A stretch of 64,000 nucleotides of DNA from an uncultured virus (IMG/VR IMGVR_UViG_3300021958_011310) (lineage: Duplodnaviria; Heunggongvirae; Uroviricota; Caudoviricetes). The DNA lies in IMG/VR virus record IMGVR_UViG_3300021958_011310; one strand, 5' to 3'. The notes beneath the pieces were generated by a model, which saw only the letters and a list, made by a program, of their open reading frames with translations, was not told the origin of the DNA and made no database searches. Position numbers and translations under genes: made by a program. Positions within the stretch are counted from its first letter, which is position 1. The number at the start of each line of letters is the position of its first letter. Positions 1-10,333 of the stretch are shown here, piece by piece.

Positions 1-1
1 C

Positions 2-2428
2 AACACAATTGTCGGGACATACTCTTTAGATGCTCATACTTCGCCTGCTGGTCATACGACGTTGGGTTACGCTGCGTTAACAAACCTGACAACTGGTAGT
101 TATAACATCGCCATAGGTTATGCAGCGGGATCACAAAGAGTTGCTACGGGAGATTTAACAAATTCGAGCTACGGGATTTATTTAGGGTATGCAGTTGATG
201 GAACAGAAGGGGCAAGTGGTGAGATCGTCATTGGTAAGGATGCACAGGGTTTAGGTTCTAATACAACACGACTTGGTGGAAGCAATATAACAAAAACAGT
301 CATTGAGTACGGGAGTGTTGGTATAGGTACTACAAGTCCTTCTCAAAAACTTCATGTTCAAGGAAATTTAAGAGTAACTGGAGCTTATTACGATTCTAAT
401 AATGAATCTGGAACTAGCGATCAAGTTTTAACATCAACTGGATCAGGGACTGATTGGAAATCTTTAAGCGATATAGGTGACACGGTTACGGGGTGCGGAA
501 CAACCAATTATGTTACAAAATGGTGCAATGGCCCAAATTCAGATTTAACCGATTCTATAATTTACGATGATGGAACTAATGTTGGTATAGGTAATCCAGC
601 TGATAGTGGAGGTAATGGTGCATTATCGTCTTTAGTTACATTGAGAATTGGAGGAACAGGGACAATAGACTCAGATGCAGGTCAGGGACTGCTTCAACTT
701 AGAGGGTATTCTGCGAATGTTAATCAAAATGTTGGGACGATAGAGTTTGTGGATGATAGGAATGGGACAGATGACATTATTGGTAGAATTAATTCAAGCA
801 GAGATACATCTATTGGTGATGGTAATCTAAAATTCTCCACTGCAACTAGTGCAGGTGTTCTTTCTGAAGCGATGCGTATTGATTCATCTGGTAATGTTGG
901 TATAGGTAATGACGACCCACAAGTCAAACTCCACATCACTGGAAGCGGTAGCGCAGGGTCCGTAGACAATGTATTGGTACTACAGTCCGATGTTAGCAAC
1001 GCACCTGCTATCCAGTTTTCAGAAAGCACAGGAGCAGGTTTTAATAACGGAATGAACATCGCCTACAGAGGCGATTTCGGAGGTGGGTCTGATAACGCAA
1101 TAGTGATCGCTGGGATTTCTACATCATCCAGCAGTGTTGGAGATGCAGTTGCAACATTCAAAAATGGAGGTAATGTTGGTATAGGTACAGCAAGTCCGGG
1201 TTATAAATTAGATGTTACAGGAAACGCAAGAGTTACAACTGATTTATTTGTTAACGATCAGTTAGCTGTAAAAACAACAACTTTGGCCACTTCTAACAAT
1301 TTTCATGTGTCTAGTGGTACAACAGGTAGCGCCAGTAAATCTAGTATAGCTCTTGTTTCTGTGGCGGATAATTCTACATTTTATAATGGCCCTGCGGCGT
1401 TACATGTTATTAATTCTGGTAATAGAGGGACAAAGGGTAATTCCAGTGGTTCTGATTTATTAAGGTTGGAGTTTAGTGATAGTATTCATACGATATTTGA
1501 TAAAAATGGTAATGTTGGTATAGGTACGTCAACTCCTGTTTATAAATTAGATCTTTACGATGATACTGATAGCGCATCAAAAATAGGCTTTCATAATGCA
1601 GCTACCGGCACACTTGTATCAGATGGAACTAGAATAGGTTTAAATCAATCGGAGTTATTTATTAATAACCAAGAAAATGCCGCGATTAAAATTTATACTC
1701 AGTCCACTAAAACAAATGGTATAACTATACTAGGTGATGGTAATGTTGGTATAGGTACTACAAGTCCTTCTCAAAAACTTCATGTTCAAGGAAATTTAAG
1801 AGTAACTGGAGCTTTTTATGACAGCAATAATTCAACTGGAAGCTCTGGCGAAATACTGTCTTCAACTGGGTCTGGTACAGATTGGGTGAGTTTATGTCAG
1901 ATAAGCGGGGTAACAGCTAACGGATCACAAACAACTTGCTACATTCCTAAATGGACAGATGGAACAAATGAAGTTATTGGGAACTCTGTTATTTACGAGA
2001 ATGCTTCTGGAAATATTGGTATTAATTGTACCACTCCGTCTTATAAGCTTCATGTTAACGGGTCTTTCGCTGCCACTTGTAAATCATTCGTAATCAATCA
2101 CCCAACAAAATGTGGTCACATGCTTCGATATGGATCTCTTGAATCTCCTTATCATGGAGTTCGTTTAACTGGTAAAAGTTGTGCTGTGTGCGGCGAAGCA
2201 AAAGTTGCATTGCCTGATTATATGTGCGGACTTGTTCATGAGGAGGACATTAATATTCAAATAACAAATTACCGTCATGGCTGCACAATGTGGGTGGAAG
2301 ACGTAGATATTTCTAATAATAATTTTAAAGTAAAAACAGGCACAGAGGAAACAAAAGAGTTTTACTGGACATTTACAGCTGAAAGAAAAGATGTTGATAG
2401 AATGCAGACGGAATACAAAAATGTTTAA
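2..2428 (+). CDS. Tail fibre/adhesin-like protein (5' truncated by window)
   Basis: Frame is open from base 2. Contains repeated GNVGIGT modules and a C-terminal KSFVINHPTK...LRYGSLESP...LPDY domain typical of phage fibre C-termini. Confidence 0.8.
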   Translation, partial: NTIVGTYSLDAHTSPAGHTTLGYAALTNLTTGSYNIAIGYAAGSQRVATGDLTNSSYGIYLGYAVDGTEGASGEIVIGKDAQGLGSNTTRLGGSNITKTVIEYGSVGIGTTSPSQKLHVQGNLRVTGAYYDSNNESGTSDQVLTSTGSGTDWKSLSDIGDTVTGCGTTNYVTKWCNGPNSDLTDSIIYDDGTNVGIGNPADSGGNGALSSLVTLRIGGTGTIDSDAGQGLLQLRGYSANVNQNVGTIEFVDDRNGTDDIIGRINSSRDTSIGDGNLKFSTATSAGVLSEAMRIDSSGNVGIGNDDPQVKLHITGSGSAGSVDNVLVLQSDVSNAPAIQFSESTGAGFNNGMNIAYRGDFGGGSDNAIVIAGISTSSSSVGDAVATFKNGGNVGIGTASPGYKLDVTGNARVTTDLFVNDQLAVKTTTLATSNNFHVSSGTTGSASKSSIALVSVADNSTFYNGPAALHVINSGNRGTKGNSSGSDLLRLEFSDSIHTIFDKNGNVGIGTSTPVYKLDLYDDTDSASKIGFHNAATGTLVSDGTRIGLNQSELFINNQENAAIKIYTQSTKTNGITILGDGNVGIGTTSPSQKLHVQGNLRVTGAFYDSNNSTGSSGEILSSTGSGTDWVSLCQISGVTANGSQTTCYIPKWTDGTNEVIGNSVIYENASGNIGINCTTPSYKLHVNGSFAATCKSFVINHPTKCGHMLRYGSLESPYHGVRLTGKSCAVCGEAKVALPDYMCGLVHEEDINIQITNYRHGCTMWVEDVDISNNNFKVKTGTEETKEFYWTFTAERKDVDRMQTEYKNV

Positions 2429-2467
2429 CTTTAAAAAGGTATTTTTCAGTCTATAATATTTTACATT

Positions 2468-3400
2468 ATGGAAAAAATAATTAAACAAGCAAAAACAGAA
2501 AACGATAAATATTTAATTTTTCATGTTGAGGGCGGTTTAGGTAAAAATGTTGCATCTACAGCAGTGGTTACGCATTTAAAAAAGAAATATCCTGAAAGAA
2601 AGATTGTCGTGGTTTGCTCTTATCCTGAGGTTTATTTAAATAATGAAAATGTATTTAGGGTTTATAGGGTGGGGGTAACACCGTATTTTTTCGATAATTA
2701 TATTAATGGTAAAGATACGCTAGTTTTCAGAAAAGAACCGTATTATGAAAATAATCATATCATGCGAAAAACTTCGTTGTTTGAAACTTGGTTTAATATG
2801 TATGGTATACAATATGATAAAAAAAATATAAAACCCTATATCCCTATGAATGCTATGCAAAAAACTCACATTCATGAATGGAAAAGGCAAAAGCCATTAT
2901 TAGTTATACAGACTAACGGGGGACCTGTAGCAAAAGATATGCAGCCACATAGTTTTGCTTGGACTAGAGACATGCCTGCAATGGTAGCGCATGAAATCGT
3001 TAAGCAAGCCGGAAATAAATATCATATTATTCAAATTTGCAGGCAAAATTCTTATAGATTAGCAGACCATGTAGAAAGAGTTGATAAAAACATGTCTAAT
3101 TTTCAGCTTTTTGCTTTACTTTTGGCTTCTAGCAAAAGAGTTCTAATAGACTCTTGCTTGCAGCATGCGGCAGCAGCTTACTCTTTATCTTCGACTGTTA
3201 TTTGGGTGGGCACGGACCCCAAAATGTTTGGTTACGATATTCACTCTAATATTAGCGCTCAAATGCCCTCAGGCAATGTTAAGTTAGTAGATAGTTATCT
3301 TTTTGATTTTGATTTTAATGGGACTTATCACGAATTCCCATATTTTGAAAACGATGTCATTGTGGACACTAAAAAAGTATTAAACACCCTTAGACTGTAG
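2468..3400 (+). CDS. GT9-like (heptosyltransferase-like) glycosyltransferase
   Basis: EGGLGKNV N-terminal motif and DSCLQHAAAA motif. Confidence 0.65.
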   Translation: MEKIIKQAKTENDKYLIFHVEGGLGKNVASTAVVTHLKKKYPERKIVVVCSYPEVYLNNENVFRVYRVGVTPYFFDNYINGKDTLVFRKEPYYENNHIMRKTSLFETWFNMYGIQYDKKNIKPYIPMNAMQKTHIHEWKRQKPLLVIQTNGGPVAKDMQPHSFAWTRDMPAMVAHEIVKQAGNKYHIIQICRQNSYRLADHVERVDKNMSNFQLFALLLASSKRVLIDSCLQHAAAAYSLSSTVIWVGTDPKMFGYDIHSNISAQMPSGNVKLVDSYLFDFDFNGTYHEFPYFENDVIVDTKKVLNTLRL

Positions 3401-3416
3401 GTTAAAGCTAATTAAG

Positions 3417-3429
3417 GTGTAATATATTA
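3417..3429 (+). promoter_or_regulatory. Putative phage late promoter, GTGTAATAT motif
   Basis: Intergenic, upstream of a fibre gene; the motif recurs at 12851, 23369, 26135, 29892 and 40582. Confidence 0.55.
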
Positions 3430-3451
3430 ATAAAAAAAAATAAATAAAATT

Positions 3452-6331
3452 ATGGCAAGAGACGTTTTAATTACACCAGCATCAGGTTTAGTTGATTTTT
3501 TAGACAGTTCCGTGTCTAAGGCTAGTATGACTTTAGGCACTGACGGAATTTTAACTATTAATAACATCGAAAATAGTGCTATTAAAATATACACCCAGTC
3601 TACTCAAACTAATGGTATAACTATATTAGGCGATGGTAATGTTGGTATAGGTACAACAAATCCAGAATGCAAGCTTGATATACATGACCATACTTCTGCC
3701 ACAACTTTTATCGCTGATAATAATGCTGGGGTCAGAATTACTAATTGGGGTGGGGACACTGGCTGGTCGCTGCTTGGGTTTGGTGGGTATTCAAGTATCT
3801 ACACAAAGAATCTTTCCCAAATTGGCAGTCTTTCCACTAACGCTGGGACTTATCTAGCTTTTGGCACCTCAAATAATTATGGTACAGGTATTACCAATCA
3901 AGCTATGACCATAGACCCTTCTGGTAATGTTGGTATAGGAACAACTAACCCTGATTCTTCGTTAATGGTTTATAAATCAGCAGCAGATTCAATAATCCAC
4001 GTAAGAGGAGCGTCTAATGGCGCAGATGCTAGAGTCAGGATTAACGGCTACAACAGCTCAGAGCTTTATATTGACAGAAATGGATCTGGTAGATTTGCTT
4101 TTAGAAGAACAACTGGGACTGACGACCTTTCGCTGCTTAAATTAAACAATGATTATACAGATAATTCCACGATTATGTTTTGGGATTATAGCAGCGGTAA
4201 TGTTGGTATAGGAGGTACCCCTAACAGTAGTTACAAATTAGATATTGCTGGGGATACGTTGATACAAGACAGTGAAAGCGGTGATTTAAGATTATTAGTA
4301 AATAATATTTCAACTTCGACGCTTGCACGAACAGCTATCTCGTTAACTAACAACACCGGATCTTTAGCAGGGTTAACTCTACCTTCGACAAATTATACAG
4401 GGATTACTAATTGGGCTAACCGGTTAATAGTAAATACAGATTCAGGTATTTCAAATGGCATTTTAGTTAGGCCTGCTACTGGAGGATTTACTGTAAGTAC
4501 AACAGGTTTAGCAAACAATGATCTACGGGTCGATACTTCAGGTAATGTTGGTATAGGTACAGATGTTCCAGATGGTAATCTTGAGATTTGGGAAAGTGCA
4601 GTAGATACTGCAGCGAGTTTAAGGCTAACAGGTGATCCAGATGCAGGTGCAAATACGGAATATGCAAATATAATATTTCATTCTAGAGATTCTAGTACTG
4701 GGGCCAATGGTGGTGAGGCTCAAATAAGAGCTTACCGTGGAGGAGATAGAGACGCTCCTTACTTAAATTTTGATCTTGCCGATGCAGTAGGAGTTTTACA
4801 ACAAGTAATGACCATTAATGGCAATGTTGGTATAGGTACTACAAGCCCTTCAGAAAAGCTGGAAATTAGTATAGGTAACGTTTTCGTTAATGGGAACAAT
4901 GGCCAAGGGATCAAGCTTGGATCTACTAATGGTATTTTCCGGCAAGCCTCCAATGAGCTAGGTTTTAATACAAACAACTCCGAACGGATGCGTATAGATA
5001 ATATTGGTAATGTTGGTATAGGTACTACAAGTCCATCTTACGAATTACAAGTTTCCACCTCTTCTAATTCTAGGATCACGGCGAGTAATACTGGTTATGG
5101 TGTTGTCAATCATTTACAAGCAGATAGTACAGGTGGATGGGTTGGAACATTAAGTAATCACCCATTGATAATAAAAACTAATAATACTGAAAAAGTAAGG
5201 GTTACAACTGCTGGTAATGTTGGTATAGGTACTACAAGTCCTCAAGGTAAATTAGATATTAACACAGAAACCGCTGAACCGACTCATGTTTATATTAACG
5301 GAGAAGTAAATCAAAATAAACTTTTATATTTCAGACACTATGCTAATAGCGAAGCTGCTGCTAACAATGTAGCTTTAGGGTATATAGGTTCTAATGGAAT
5401 TGACAACCTACTTAGTTTAGGTCATTTAAATTCTAGTGGAACAGATGTCCCTATCATGCATCTGACTGAGGCGGGTAATGTTGGTATAGGTACTACAAGT
5501 CCTTCAGAAAAGCTGGTAATTAGTATAGGTAACGTTTTCGTTAATGGGAACAATGGCCAAGGGATCAAGCTTGGATCTACTAATGGTATTTTCCGGCAAG
5601 CGTCCAATGAGCTAGGTTTTAATACAAACAACTCCGAACAGATGCGTATAGATAATATTGGTAATGTTGGTATAGGTACAACAAATCCTGCTGAAAAATT
5701 GGAAATACAGAAAAATGGTAATTACCAATTGAAATTAACCAATGGAAGTATCGGGGGAGGAAATGTAAGAATTGCTTATGCAGACAATTCTTTTGGTTCA
5801 GGTGGCAGCAAAGTAATATTTGATTTAGATAACGGTGGGTCGGCAAACGCAGAATTTGTTATACAATCTAACGGTAATGTTGGTATAGGTACAACAAGTC
5901 CAAGTGCTAAATTAACAACTGTAGGAATAACAGGCACAACCATAATACAAGCATTAGGCGCTGACTCTAGCGGCTTTGCTGATGTAGAGATTAAATCTAC
6001 AGGTACGACAGGGGCTTCTCGCCTTTTCTTCTCTGATACTGCTGCACAGTCAGGTTTTATAAAGTATAACCACAGTGACAATTCTATGCAGTTTGGTACT
6101 AGTGCATCAGTGGCGGCAGAAATTACAAGTGCTGCCGAAGTTGGGGTGGGAGGAGCTGCTACAGCCAGTAGGACTTTAACAATAAACAGTGTAAATAGTG
6201 CTAGTAGACCAGCGGTCAAAGTGGTTAATCCTAATCTCGACCTCTCTACGGCTTCTGATGGAAGAACTTTTGTCGGATGGATGCCTATTGATTTGGACGG
6301 AACCACTCGCTGGATACAAGTATATGTATAG
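3452..6331 (+). CDS. Tail fibre-like protein with 10 GNVGIG repeats
   Basis: Modular GNVGIGT-delimited blocks; internal duplication 4823-5027 vs 5477-5681. Confidence 0.8.
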   Translation: MARDVLITPASGLVDFLDSSVSKASMTLGTDGILTINNIENSAIKIYTQSTQTNGITILGDGNVGIGTTNPECKLDIHDHTSATTFIADNNAGVRITNWGGDTGWSLLGFGGYSSIYTKNLSQIGSLSTNAGTYLAFGTSNNYGTGITNQAMTIDPSGNVGIGTTNPDSSLMVYKSAADSIIHVRGASNGADARVRINGYNSSELYIDRNGSGRFAFRRTTGTDDLSLLKLNNDYTDNSTIMFWDYSSGNVGIGGTPNSSYKLDIAGDTLIQDSESGDLRLLVNNISTSTLARTAISLTNNTGSLAGLTLPSTNYTGITNWANRLIVNTDSGISNGILVRPATGGFTVSTTGLANNDLRVDTSGNVGIGTDVPDGNLEIWESAVDTAASLRLTGDPDAGANTEYANIIFHSRDSSTGANGGEAQIRAYRGGDRDAPYLNFDLADAVGVLQQVMTINGNVGIGTTSPSEKLEISIGNVFVNGNNGQGIKLGSTNGIFRQASNELGFNTNNSERMRIDNIGNVGIGTTSPSYELQVSTSSNSRITASNTGYGVVNHLQADSTGGWVGTLSNHPLIIKTNNTEKVRVTTAGNVGIGTTSPQGKLDINTETAEPTHVYINGEVNQNKLLYFRHYANSEAAANNVALGYIGSNGIDNLLSLGHLNSSGTDVPIMHLTEAGNVGIGTTSPSEKLVISIGNVFVNGNNGQGIKLGSTNGIFRQASNELGFNTNNSEQMRIDNIGNVGIGTTNPAEKLEIQKNGNYQLKLTNGSIGGGNVRIAYADNSFGSGGSKVIFDLDNGGSANAEFVIQSNGNVGIGTTSPSAKLTTVGITGTTIIQALGADSSGFADVEIKSTGTTGASRLFFSDTAAQSGFIKYNHSDNSMQFGTSASVAAEITSAAEVGVGGAATASRTLTINSVNSASRPAVKVVNPNLDLSTASDGRTFVGWMPIDLDGTTRWIQVYV

Positions 6332-6343
6332 TAAAAAAATTTT

Positions 6344-6598
6344 ATGAAAATTACAATAGCAAAATACGACAGAAGAAAAGAGGACCTTATCGTTGGTTTT
6401 AATTTATCTGATGATTATGAAAATTCGGCATACACAGAAATCGCTTTAGAAATAAGTGACACTGACGGAAAAACCCAAGAAGAAGTTTGCCAATTAGCAT
6501 ACGAAAAAAACAAAACCAAAATAGCAAAAATTAAATCTAGTTTCGAAGAAAAGGTTGAATCTATTATAGGCAAAGTTTTTGTGCCTGTTGAAGAATAA
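6344..6598 (+). CDS. Hypothetical protein (possible fibre chaperone)
   Basis: 84-aa ORF directly after the fibre gene. Confidence 0.55.
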   Translation: MKITIAKYDRRKEDLIVGFNLSDDYENSAYTEIALEISDTDGKTQEEVCQLAYEKNKTKIAKIKSSFEEKVESIIGKVFVPVEE

Positions 6599-6637
6599 AA
6601 AATGAAAAAAAACATCAACTCTTTATTATAAAGATAA

Positions 6638-8065
6638 ATGAACGAAAAGATATCTTATAAAAATGTTTTATATATCAGCCCCCAAGGAGATTTCGACGAG
6701 GCGATGTATGCAAAAAGACACCTGTATAAGTTAATCCGAGACAAAATAAATGTTGTTTGGAAAACCTACAAAACAGAAGATCCCACGGAAGAGAAAAATA
6801 ATTTTAATAAGTTACTGTTTAAGCATAAACACAAACTACTTGCTTATACAGAGGTAGTTGTAGATGGTGACCCTGAGTTATGGGAAAGCATTGTTGAAGA
6901 TTTCAAAGTAAAGACTGAAAACAAAACCATAATAGGCAGGTGTTATTGTAATTTGGATATTGTTCCTGTTGATTTAGTAAAATCAATTAACTCTAGCCCT
7001 GTTGATGTTATCAGCGTAGAAAGCGAATTCAATAAAGCAACTTTCGAAGACTATGGGGTAACCAAACCTATAATTATAGAGCAATGTCCTGATTTAGATC
7101 TTTGGACTTTTGGAGTAGATATAAAAAATGAAAGCGCCGCTTCAGAAGCTTATTTGAGCAAAAGTATTTTTGACCAAGGCCAAGATGTTCAAATATTAAA
7201 TTTCCCTTACTCTCAAGAAGACTTCTTTTTTAATCCGTGCATATTTGCTAAAGATGACAAAGTGCTAATGCTAGCTAGGTATGCTAATTTAACCAATGAT
7301 AACCCATATGAGTTCACAAACACTATAAGGTTATTTGAATTAGATGATGATTTTCAGCCTTCAATAGAATTACCTTTTAAAATTAAAGACGAGCTGGAAA
7401 AAGAACAGTACGAAGATCCTAGACTCCTTTATTATAAAGATAAATATTATTTGAGCTGCGCTAATTATATGTTGAATAGAGGTGGTTTTATTCATCAAAA
7501 GGTTTTAGTTTTTGATAAAAATTTTAATCATATTGATAATTTGCATATTAATTATGATGGGAACGGAACTTTTACAAATTCAAACACTGTTCATCAAAAA
7601 AATTGGGCTTGGTTCGTGCATGAAGATAAATTAATGTTGGAATACAGGATGAATCCTCATGTGGTTTTAGAAGTAGATTCTATTACAGGGGAAGTAATTG
7701 CGGAGCATAAACATTTTCAAGATTTAACTAAATTATGGAAATTTGGAGAATGTAGAGCTGGAAGTAATCCTATTTTAAAAGACGATGGATTTTATCATGG
7801 CTTCTTTCATAGTAGTTTACCTTGGAAGAATCATAAAAGAAGATATTTTATGGGGTATTATAAATTTGAATCTAAACCCCCATTTAAAATAGTAGAAATG
7901 TCAGAAAAACCAATTCTGTACGGAAATGAATATGATGAACGAACTTTAAAGGATCTCAGCCCATTGGTAGTATTTCCTTGTGGAGCTGTTGAAAAAGACG
8001 GGGAATTTATCGTGAGCTTTGGGTTTAATGACGAAAAAATAGGAATTATAAAATGGAAAAAATAG
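6638..8065 (+). CDS. Fusion of a GT-like N-terminal region and a GH130/GH43-like beta-propeller glycosidase
   Basis: FFNPCI, YEDPRL, QKNW and VVFPCGAV...VSFG motifs. Confidence 0.6.
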   Translation: MNEKISYKNVLYISPQGDFDEAMYAKRHLYKLIRDKINVVWKTYKTEDPTEEKNNFNKLLFKHKHKLLAYTEVVVDGDPELWESIVEDFKVKTENKTIIGRCYCNLDIVPVDLVKSINSSPVDVISVESEFNKATFEDYGVTKPIIIEQCPDLDLWTFGVDIKNESAASEAYLSKSIFDQGQDVQILNFPYSQEDFFFNPCIFAKDDKVLMLARYANLTNDNPYEFTNTIRLFELDDDFQPSIELPFKIKDELEKEQYEDPRLLYYKDKYYLSCANYMLNRGGFIHQKVLVFDKNFNHIDNLHINYDGNGTFTNSNTVHQKNWAWFVHEDKLMLEYRMNPHVVLEVDSITGEVIAEHKHFQDLTKLWKFGECRAGSNPILKDDGFYHGFFHSSLPWKNHKRRYFMGYYKFESKPPFKIVEMSEKPILYGNEYDERTLKDLSPLVVFPCGAVEKDGEFIVSFGFNDEKIGIIKWKK

Positions 8066-8865
8066 AGACAGAAGAACAATTTAAGCGTTTCAATGATAAG
8101 TATATCCTTGCAGAAGGCGAGGTTATAACAATTATGCCCTGCACATCTAACAATATAAACACAATTACTGTTGCTCAAAAAGCCTTAGAATCACATAAAA
8201 AAACTTGCGGGGCGATTGTCTTAGTTATGGACAACAATAGCCCAGAAATAAAAAATAGACAGGCTTTGCGAAAAATAACAGAAGATTTGGGTTATGTGTA
8301 TAAATATTTTGATATTGAGTTTTCTTTGAACGGCTTTTGGAACTTAGGAACTTTTTGCACCAAATCTAAATATATTGTGCATTCTTCTTCTGATGTTATT
8401 TTTCATGATGAGTGGTTAGACGAAATGCTTTATATCCAAAGCAAATACCCTAACAAATATAATTCTTTGCACCCTTATTCTTACCCTAAGTTAGGAGACT
8501 ATCCTATGGGCGAATCCGCTTATATGAGGTATACCAGAGAACCTAAAAAAGTCTCGGACCAATCTATTGAGATTTGCACATATTTAAATTTCTTTAAAAG
8601 GGAAAAGGTTTATTATTGGGATGAGGCGTTTCCTCTATGGTGTAGCGACAATGACTACAGAACTTACTTGTATGTAAATAATTTAACAGCAGGGATTTGC
8701 AAAGGGTCTAGGGTCGATACTGTTTTATCTGGGGTTTATAAATTTTTAAAAAATTCACCTAATCACGACACTTATACAAAATGGGCCGTCTCTAGATATT
8801 ATAGAAAATGGTTTAATAAAATAAAATTTCCAGACGAGGCCATGTCTGAATTTTTAGGAATATAA
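8053..8865 (+). CDS. GT2-like glycosyltransferase
   Basis: VMDNNS, SSDVIF and WDEAF..WCSDND motifs. Confidence 0.65.
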   Translation: MEKIETEEQFKRFNDKYILAEGEVITIMPCTSNNINTITVAQKALESHKKTCGAIVLVMDNNSPEIKNRQALRKITEDLGYVYKYFDIEFSLNGFWNLGTFCTKSKYIVHSSSDVIFHDEWLDEMLYIQSKYPNKYNSLHPYSYPKLGDYPMGESAYMRYTREPKKVSDQSIEICTYLNFFKREKVYYWDEAFPLWCSDNDYRTYLYVNNLTAGICKGSRVDTVLSGVYKFLKNSPNHDTYTKWAVSRYYRKWFNKIKFPDEAMSEFLGI

Positions 8866-8868
8866 GTT

Positions 8869-9531
8869 ATGAGTATTTTTCCTAAAACTTTTTGTATCAC
8901 ATTGAAAAATTATCCTAAGAGGACTAATTATGCTACAAACCATTTTAAAGAACACGACTTAGACGTTGAGATGTTCGAAGGAATAGACGGAAAAGGGTTC
9001 GGTCTCCAAACAAGAATCCCTTATACAGATGACAACCCTGACTGGAATTGCGATCACGGTTCGCCTTATTTTATTTCTCAGGGTCACGTTGGATGTATTC
9101 TGTCTCATTATATGCTTTGGAGGATTTTGGAATACTTACCTTATGGAGAGTATTTGATTTTTGAAGATGACGTTGTTTTATGCGAAGGCTTTAAAGAAAA
9201 ATTTATTGATATAAAGTCAAAGTTGCCCGAGGATTGGCAGTATTGTTTTATTGGGAATTGCTGTTTAGATAGAACCGACTCTTTACAGGTCGCCGATGGT
9301 ATTATTCAGACTGTTTCTCCTCCTTTATGTACTCATGCTTACCTGATCAAAAAAACAGCTCTGCCTACTTTAATAAAAACCAATAGCGTTGCTTGGGTTA
9401 ATATAGATATACAAATTCAAAAAAGATCTCTAAAAGAACTTCCTTATTATGTTTTCGACCCTTCTTTAGCTCTCCAGCGATCAATCGACCCTAATGATTG
9501 CGACTTTAAATCTTTAACTTATTATGAATAA
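8869..9531 (+). CDS. GT25 family glycosyltransferase
   Basis: GCILSHY..W, IFEDDV and THAYLI motifs. Confidence 0.8.
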   Translation: MSIFPKTFCITLKNYPKRTNYATNHFKEHDLDVEMFEGIDGKGFGLQTRIPYTDDNPDWNCDHGSPYFISQGHVGCILSHYMLWRILEYLPYGEYLIFEDDVVLCEGFKEKFIDIKSKLPEDWQYCFIGNCCLDRTDSLQVADGIIQTVSPPLCTHAYLIKKTALPTLIKTNSVAWVNIDIQIQKRSLKELPYYVFDPSLALQRSIDPNDCDFKSLTYYE

Positions 9532-10333
9532 TTCAACTTTTCATTTTATATTTGGCCTTTCGGAGGATTTTGCGGAAAAACCTTTTTGTTATTTTCATTA
9601 TCTTAATATTAAAAGTTGCTATTTAACACAGGGAAGCCCGAAGATTATAATTCATTACATATACGAGCCTAAAAATAATATCTGGTGGGAAAAAGCTAAG
9701 GAATTTTGCGAGATAGAAAAACACAAAAAACTTCCAGATCTAGCGTATAAATGCAACGATCAAAAAGTCTGGAGAATAGAACATCAAGCTGATATTTTCA
9801 GACTGCTTTTACTCAAAGAAAGAGGAGGTGTTTATGCGGACATAGATACTTTGTTTTACAGGTCGTTTTTTCCTACTTTTGAAAACGAGAATTTTGTTAT
9901 GGGGCAAGAGGGTATTTATCATATAAACCATGATGCGTATCAGATCACTGGTTTGTGTAACGCATTAATCATTTCAAAATTAAAAGCTATTTTTTTGGAT
10001 ATTTGGCTTGAATCATACAAATCCGAATACGATAATTACGACTGGAATAAAATGTCGGTAAGAGTTCCCTATCGACTGGCAAAAGAAAACCCAAGTTTAA
10101 TACATATAGAACCAACAGCTTCGTTTCATAAATATAACTGGAATAAACTTTTTTACTTAAAAGACTCAGAAAATCTATCGTTTTCTTCTAATATGTCAGA
10201 TAGCGAGATATACAGTAAGCATATGGCGGAATCCAAAGTTTTCGAGATAATCAAAAAAATAACCCCAGCTTATTTTAAAGATAACAATAGTCTGTATTCT
10301 AAGATATGCAAAAATATAAAAGGACTGCTGTGA
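9524..10333 (+). CDS. GT32/OCH1-like DXD glycosyltransferase
   Basis: ADIFRL...GGVYADID motif. Confidence 0.8.
   Translation: MNNSTFHFIFGLSEDFAEKPFCYFHYLNIKSCYLTQGSPKIIIHYIYEPKNNIWWEKAKEFCEIEKHKKLPDLAYKCNDQKVWRIEHQADIFRLLLLKERGGVYADIDTLFYRSFFPTFENENFVMGQEGIYHINHDAYQITGLCNALIISKLKAIFLDIWLESYKSEYDNYDWNKMSVRVPYRLAKENPSLIHIEPTASFHKYNWNKLFYLKDSENLSFSSNMSDSEIYSKHMAESKVFEIIKKITPAYFKDNNSLYSKICKNIKGLL

Noticed and set aside
724..6306. Antisense ORFs within the fibre genes (724-1059, 4759-4977, 5422-5631, 5776-6306)
   Set aside because: Shadow ORFs opposite well-supported genes, with no recognisable motifs
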